Shown here: positions 37,701 through 40,998 of the stretch, one piece after another
How the letters are laid out: the number at the start of each line of letters is the position of its first letter
How positions within the stretch are numbered: position 1 is the stretch's first letter
Virus record (IMG/VR): IMGVR_UViG_3300037631_005960
Span: 1-40,998 of that record
Length of the DNA: 40,998 bases
Origin: a virus
Taxonomy: Duplodnaviria > Caudoviricetes
Direction: 5' to 3' (one strand)
Notes under the pieces: model-generated
Seen by the model: only the letters and a program-made list of their open reading frames with translations
Told to the model about the DNA's origin: nothing
Database searches by the model: none
Position numbers and translations under genes: made by a program

Positions 37701-38223
37701 CACCTGGCTGTTGGTTAGCTGAAAGAGACTGGTCAAGAACTTCACCGAATACTGGATAAGAGTTAGCATTGTTATCAAGATCTTCGAAGTAGATGTTAGA
37801 ACCACCAGAAGCCATCTTGTGCTTCTCACCCAAGAAGAAACCATTTTTGTTAACCTGAATATCTCTCTGTGCAACAAGTTTATCAGTAGTAGGATTGTAT
37901 TCGAAGTATTCAGTAATGATTGGAGTACTCATTTGCTGATTCAAATACTCAACAACTTGATCTCTTGTATAGTTATAAGGAGCTTCAGTTAAAGTTTCAG
38001 CTGCTTCATTCTGAACACGGCTGGCTTTCAAGCGCTTCAAAAAGACTCTGTATTCGGTAGTAGAACCACGCTTAAAGATACGTGTTGATTTAATAATGAT
38101 ACGTTCTGCTTGTGTTGGGTGAGCTAATGCTTCAACGGATCCAATTTCCTTATCGGTAATAGTAGATCCGTCAAAGGTAACCTTACCTGACTTGGTATCG
38201 GAGAATATTCTTATTTGTCCCAT
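31756..38223 (-). CDS. Giant virion appendage: right-handed beta-helix (pectin-lyase-like), Ig-like and LamG-like domains
   Basis: 'GSVLYPYDSIETAV...GDQIYL.G.F' helix cap followed by PbH1-like N/G repeats; 'APSWIT...GNITGTAP' Ig-like; C-terminal 'LTIGGRG..RNFHGKVAS' LamG-like. Confidence 0.8.
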   Translation of the reverse strand: MGQIRIFSDTKSGKVTFDGSTITDKEIGSVEALAHPTQAERIIIKSTRIFKRGSTTEYRVFLKRLKASRVQNEAAETLTEAPYNYTRDQVVEYLNQQMSTPIITEYFEYNPTTDKLVAQRDIQVNKNGFFLGEKHKMASGGSNIYFEDLDNNANSYPVFGEVLDQSLSANQQPGAGVTLPKTRVFQDFNPVPLGGNPVDDTAIPYDGDNFFPFNISGQGITTRAGEPLAANQQLKYEIVVNGISVYVQYLQPGALAVNDPITWYFDQPLDIEAGTTLRATIYKISIQNNQEVIDGIFNVNEGDATPTRYQTQVLARLFTDKQIALKEDVDQLLNGSIYKGSYDATGTGTPALPTGTDVLGDFYRVTTPNALSGYNTGDILVYNGTDYDHVAESSATQSDIKNSALRVYDIYVKAGYSGSVKDGSVLYPYDSIETAVASANDGDQIYLEGTFEISGEIEIPSTLSLFFYGADDAVISYTSYDAANANLIKFTGTDNTKEFKFVNITFKNAGDYALDITKAAKVEIDDCEFTTNGWNGTALNTVLPSTTTALLGYDSTDTDLQAFYAGANASDGGAVSLTEVTQAVITGNTVTKNFRGITLVDCGVGGAGVITRNQITQNIDAGVNLTAGSTHSGSQNITTSMNVVAYNAGNGLQVVGGLNNKFSQNEVNGNWNAGFYSAGSGNATLRDCGLYDNNRSAYSGRGLTGANASIVLDESASLLGNTISLNAAARFIAEILDTQVHYTGLGSNTERIGICITAAVGGLADDDKNIIKVDDVGFIGQDYAIDLSQCDVTNLRLALGDNSYQTITIAAVKPPLVGNYSELPFSNHVTSVPSVNVEVDTLNQSVKLREYVSGNVINVYHINELAAHVTGNKAEIVQKDSDKIQLRDLTLGNVYVNGLSAGNTINSMVDTLNSAFSMDLVQYEDFLTTTVGVASAGPEEELLTFYYIESPDGVFTYPLFTTDTEANTFDLSAGGTGTSVGYTFPDDPTNTTWNGPVSGFTNNASSAPSNGIVGAFTSVVWNEIPQDADSTAAPTPFSANTITLDELTTLNTQVHPQGAQFTTTIANAPSWITQSQTNGNITGTAPEVEGDNTNYPSVTYTVDVVRTNDYGSSTGVLTIVVNNLDAALSLTGDTVHTGSAVAGSVTNSAGNVFTGNSSLSGQFVMDLQYALEDGDKLEWYHQEEYIGIGIVSSGVDKTTDILDKDSAPGSRWDLLAPFTGVPSNAQGQNFGNAYSMVGLVPVGWDDNTNPQAIPTRPVYNTSDVWSLFNNAGTIELSLNGVLFRSSSSTHTDPTITFATPAFLDGQTIPIPSFTHTANAASAPSGFTLLQGNMDTTTELAGDSAAQFDNLTLSPGQRLIIPKTYANTNILPSLDGASGEDNKAFIGIPKFSANWSSVGLNDDFFAVHRYENNTVNTTGMTFRYAGLAPTENTVNHASDTDANFHMGIEYMRDGNIAVFRGTDSTASLTTEPVVGGTFATNPAIWNNADLIIGLSAQPLVAATKGAEAGMILTETGLSIIDAPLPANEFNVTEDTSSLPLFSLSAAGDITLNAGQTYKFWLTDSSIESTDALGICLISDNSDYTTGVTVVGTPGEFGSYLQFVIPSDVPPVKFKWTSNGVAYYATPVVAGSTYTVAVTGVTPQGPSANFSGTEILSGAKGWLSIDDTIAAGQRLVLDSAFITDLHAAMPDNSLAFVGFKADNWTNTMTPLGSYFGFAGIRFWKRDSATEPGIYMIGYANGGTTSQAYTLSLTNAQAFIEITGSGNNIRVGHTASSSYDVTTDTYGNWDANSKVQTGEQGYGITTLDPYFFWTAMPDNDTGFDYSDVDWTGLSEISVPVAASILTDWDKAVDFSGGAEHVKQVSNSSTANPLSMGFTGTTVPAHNSFSGKTSNNTYSRPWATAIVFKADIHNSNQHIWNYGEGAGTNDDNIYLRLASNGYLYFGWGREGVGYNECLVTVVSQPYWYGVYIAHKGARYNSSNATAANLADAFDIRVMYSGSSFGSVTSNISLTNWTSTGVRMDRSFGGHLTIGGRGSNRNFHGKVASMVVTTLLGNADMPTDAEIKLMLTDPIKWRDDYKIGTSYRFPHQQYAQYIFTANGGNENKATQIWLMGDGTSDSYSNGIRSQVQPADQNYTKLQFNSMSSNDIETVNILGLT

Positions 38224-38232
38224 AGTATTATG

Positions 38233-38238
38233 TATTTA
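38233..38238 (-). promoter_or_regulatory. TAAATA late-type box 9 nt upstream of ATG 38223 (no -35 match)
   Basis: TTTAAATACATAATACTATG on minus strand. Confidence 0.5.
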
Positions 38239-38269
38239 AAATTATAAAGTATTGTTTGTTAAAATCTAG

Positions 38270-39661
38270 TTATTTCTGAATGAACATTGCAATTTCGTTC
38301 ATTGTTACAGTTCCAGGAACGTCTGATTTGATCTGGAAGCAGACCCTACCAGCATCACCTGGACCGTTAGTATCGATTGTATCACCAATAAAGAATTTGA
38401 TACCCGGCAAGTATGCATAGTCCTCTTCAGCTCCTGATTCCATTGCAAGAGAAGAAGCTTCAATGTGGAAGTTATCTGATGGTGTTGTACCAGAGTGACG
38501 GAAAAAGTTAAGTCTACTATCAAGTCGACCACCATCATCATCTGGGTTAAAGCTCATTGATACACGAATATCAGCTGATGAAGTTAACTCAAGACCTTCA
38601 AGATCGAAGATAATAGGATCACCATTAGCACCTGAACCTTCATATCCACTTAACGCTGCTGTCTTCATTGAAGTAACACGATAGTCAAATGTACCTTCTG
38701 GATCTACTTCAAGTTCAACATCAAGCCATGTATTAACACTCTCAAGAGGAATGTCAAATGTAGTAGCACTACCGCCGAAGTAAACTGGTGAAAGGAGAGC
38801 AATATAACCTTGGAACTGCTCACGTTGGTTAACTGTAACATTTTCAAACTCACCAACATCAGCACTCAATATAGCAATGTTAGTTTCATTGATAATAGAG
38901 CGTGATTCATTACCACCACCGCCAGAAGACATCTCAGCAATCTTGCGAATGTCTCTTGTCTGATTATCAAAGAGGTTATTAATCTTAGTTTCTAACTCAG
39001 ACTTAAGAGCTTTCATATCACTCTGGAAGCTCTTATCACCCTTCTCAGGTTCATAATCTTCCATAACCTGATGCTGAATATACTTACTTGTTTCAGCAAT
39101 CTCTTCTTCAACCTTCTCAAGCTCTTGTTTAGCCTGCTCAACAACAACTTCTTCTTTTTGTTGAACATCTACCTTTACAGCTACTGGCTTCTTCTTTGCA
39201 GCCTTAACTCTTTTCTTACTCTCTTCAACAACCTTATCAAAGTTTAACTTGGCCTTCTCTTGAACAGCTTTAACTTGCTCATCAAGAGCACCTACAATAA
39301 GATTTGTAATAGCTTCTGTCTTTGCCTTCTTAGCAGCTTTCTTTTCCTCAATAACCTTTTCTTCAGCTACTTTATTAGCCTCTTCAATAACACTATAAAG
39401 GCTATCATTAAGACATACTTTAGGCTCTTTACCTTCTTCAACTCTTACTAACTGTTTAGTAGTCTCACCTTCAACAGTAATGTTTGTAGAGGCTACAATG
39501 AAGCCATTACCTTCTTCAATGGCCTTCAATACTGACTTCTCACCATTACTTGTAGCATGGTAGAGGTCTTTATAGACATTATTAAGTGACTCAACATAGA
39601 TGATATTAACATTATCACTACTATGCTCTACTGGAAATTCAGTATTAAGTGTTTTGACCAT
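38270..39661 (-). CDS. Putative structural protein: Lys/Glu coiled coil, SSGGGG linker, C-terminal beta domain
   Basis: Composition and position in late module; own late promoter. Confidence 0.7.
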   Translation of the reverse strand: MVKTLNTEFPVEHSSDNVNIIYVESLNNVYKDLYHATSNGEKSVLKAIEEGNGFIVASTNITVEGETTKQLVRVEEGKEPKVCLNDSLYSVIEEANKVAEEKVIEEKKAAKKAKTEAITNLIVGALDEQVKAVQEKAKLNFDKVVEESKKRVKAAKKKPVAVKVDVQQKEEVVVEQAKQELEKVEEEIAETSKYIQHQVMEDYEPEKGDKSFQSDMKALKSELETKINNLFDNQTRDIRKIAEMSSGGGGNESRSIINETNIAILSADVGEFENVTVNQREQFQGYIALLSPVYFGGSATTFDIPLESVNTWLDVELEVDPEGTFDYRVTSMKTAALSGYEGSGANGDPIIFDLEGLELTSSADIRVSMSFNPDDDGGRLDSRLNFFRHSGTTPSDNFHIEASSLAMESGAEEDYAYLPGIKFFIGDTIDTNGPGDAGRVCFQIKSDVPGTVTMNEIAMFIQK

Positions 39662-39666
39662 ACACT

Positions 39667-39694
39667 TATTTAATCACCAGTATAGTAATTACAA
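39667..39694 (-). promoter_or_regulatory. Late-type promoter TTGTAA-N16-TAAATA-N5-ATG
   Basis: Upstream of ATG 39661. Confidence 0.8.
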
Positions 39695-39716
39695 GCAAGA
39701 AGTAAAAATAAATGTA

Positions 39717-39920
39717 TTACTTCTTTTTACCCTTCTTCATGTTAGCACACCAGTGATACATCTTACCTTTCTCACCACCATACTTCTTAGCCTTCTTACG
39801 AAGCTCAGTTACAGAGCCTTTACAGCTTGCACCCGACTTCTTAACACGACCAGGACGACTCTTGCCTTTCTTCTTACCGTCCTTGAAGTTCTCTTCAAAA
39901 AATTCTTTAAAAGATTTCAT
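39717..39920 (-). CDS. Small basic protein with capsid-targeting-like N-terminus
   Basis: MKSFKEFFEE resembles T4 CTS MKTYQEFIAE; very Lys-rich. Confidence 0.7.
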   Translation of the reverse strand: MKSFKEFFEENFKDGKKKGKSRPGRVKKSGASCKGSVTELRKKAKKYGGEKGKMYHWCANMKKGKKK

Positions 39921-40771
39921 TATACGTTATCCACTAAAATAATTTCAAATGTAGCTGTACATGTTGTAGCTTGCGCAGCAACAAGATCTATTTTAATATC
40001 TGTCTTCTCTGTAAACTTAAGAGGTACATCATACTTATAGTCAATAACAGCACCACCAGCTGAGCTTAAGACTCCTTTGATGTTGAATGTACCGTTCTCA
40101 GGTCTAGCAAACAATCTAAACTGCATAGCTGAATTAGTAGCAGCTTTATCAGAACTGTAATTAACATGAGTAAGATAAGCTGTCTTACCGGCAGGAACTG
40201 TATAAACAGCCATCAACGTTTGACCTTGATCTTCAATAATTTTAGCAGCAATACTACCACCTTGGTTAATTGTAACATCACTATCATTGTTTGTATCAAC
40301 CATAATAGCTCTGAATATACGAGAAAATGTAGTTGTTCCTGTGCCACCAATTGATACAACTTCTGTAGCTGGTTCGAAATTACTATCTAAACCTTGAACT
40401 TCAACATCAGCACCAGCATTAGAAGCTGATGTAATTGTAATAACACCGGCTGCTGGATAAGGGTAAACTGCTGTTCCTGCATTACCATCCCAAATGGTAC
40501 CTGCTGTTACATCACCGTCAGTGGCACCAAACTTGTTGATTGAACTATAACCATCAACCTCTCCAGCAGCAATAGGTAAATTGCCACCACCAACACCACC
40601 ATCAATATCTTTAGTTAATAGTGCATAGTGTGGAAACTCAGATGTCTTGGTTCCTTGGAAGCCTGAACTTGTTGATGAGACTGTTGGAAATCTTGTATCA
40701 TCAGTAATTTCAACATATGCTCCATATGCTACTGATTGATATGGGGCATGTACATTTGGATCAATAGCCAT
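39920..40771 (-). CDS. Hypothetical beta-rich (probably virion) protein
   Basis: 283 aa; 'INKFG...TIWDG...YPYP', 'QTLMAVYTVPAGKTAYL'; late module. Confidence 0.75.
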   Translation of the reverse strand: MAIDPNVHAPYQSVAYGAYVEITDDTRFPTVSSTSSGFQGTKTSEFPHYALLTKDIDGGVGGGNLPIAAGEVDGYSSINKFGATDGDVTAGTIWDGNAGTAVYPYPAAGVITITSASNAGADVEVQGLDSNFEPATEVVSIGGTGTTTFSRIFRAIMVDTNNDSDVTINQGGSIAAKIIEDQGQTLMAVYTVPAGKTAYLTHVNYSSDKAATNSAMQFRLFARPENGTFNIKGVLSSAGGAVIDYKYDVPLKFTEKTDIKIDLVAAQATTCTATFEIILVDNV

Positions 40772-40774
40772 AAC

Positions 40775-40998
40775 TTACCACTTCTTACAGCTCCAGTAAC
40801 CAGCGGAGAACTTGCTCTTCTTCTGGTCACACTTATGACGTGCACGGAAAGACTTACGACGCTTTGGATTACTCTTCTTGATCTTCATATTTGGATCACC
40901 GAAGCGTACAACCTTCTCTTTACCATTCTCACAAGCCTTAACAACAAACTTCTTAGAACCACCAGATGTACGACGAGGTGAGTTACACTTCATACGAT
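40775..40998 (-). CDS. Small basic phage protein, probably 5'-truncated by window edge
   Basis: 'KKFVVK...KVVRFGDPNM.IKK.NPKRRKSFRARHKC...AGYWSC..W'; frame open to the window end. Confidence 0.7.
   Translation of the reverse strand, partial: RMKCNSPRRTSGGSKKFVVKACENGKEKVVRFGDPNMKIKKSNPKRRKSFRARHKCDQKKSKFSAGYWSCKKW

Noticed and set aside
1-40998. Alternative genetic code, introns or inteins
   Set aside because: Standard-code ORFs tile almost without gaps, all three stop codons end genes, and core proteins have expected lengths.

Overview
A 41-kb, AT-rich, densely coding segment of a large T4-like contractile-tailed phage (myovirus), standard genetic code. Left part (1-8.3 kb, mostly + strand): DNA replication module with a DHH/DHHA1 phosphoesterase, gp59-like helicase loader, gp32 SSB, gp45-like sliding clamp, RNase H/5'-3' exonuclease and gp61 primase, followed by small promoter-plus-ORF cassettes. 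Right part (8.3-41 kb, mostly - strand): baseplate/tail and virion-appendage module with gp25, gp6, PKD/LamG/NHL-propeller proteins, a gp10-C-like protein, two Mtd_N fibre proteins, an L-type lectin, a 1569-aa trypsin-like protease/propeller/mucin-like/Ig-repeat protein, a 2155-aa beta-helix protein and small basic proteins. The most striking signal is non-coding. Three promoter classes can be read directly from the sequence: AGGAAC-N5-TATAAT, TTGMTT-N16-TATAMT, and a late-type TTGHWW-N16-TAAATA, which unlike the T4 late promoter carries a fixed-position -35 box. Most of them end only 5-9 nt before a start codon with no Shine-Dalgarno, implying a largely leaderless-mRNA programme. All protein calls come from motif recognition by eye, without database searches. 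No tRNA, rRNA, CRISPR array, intron, intein, integrase or reverse transcriptase was seen.
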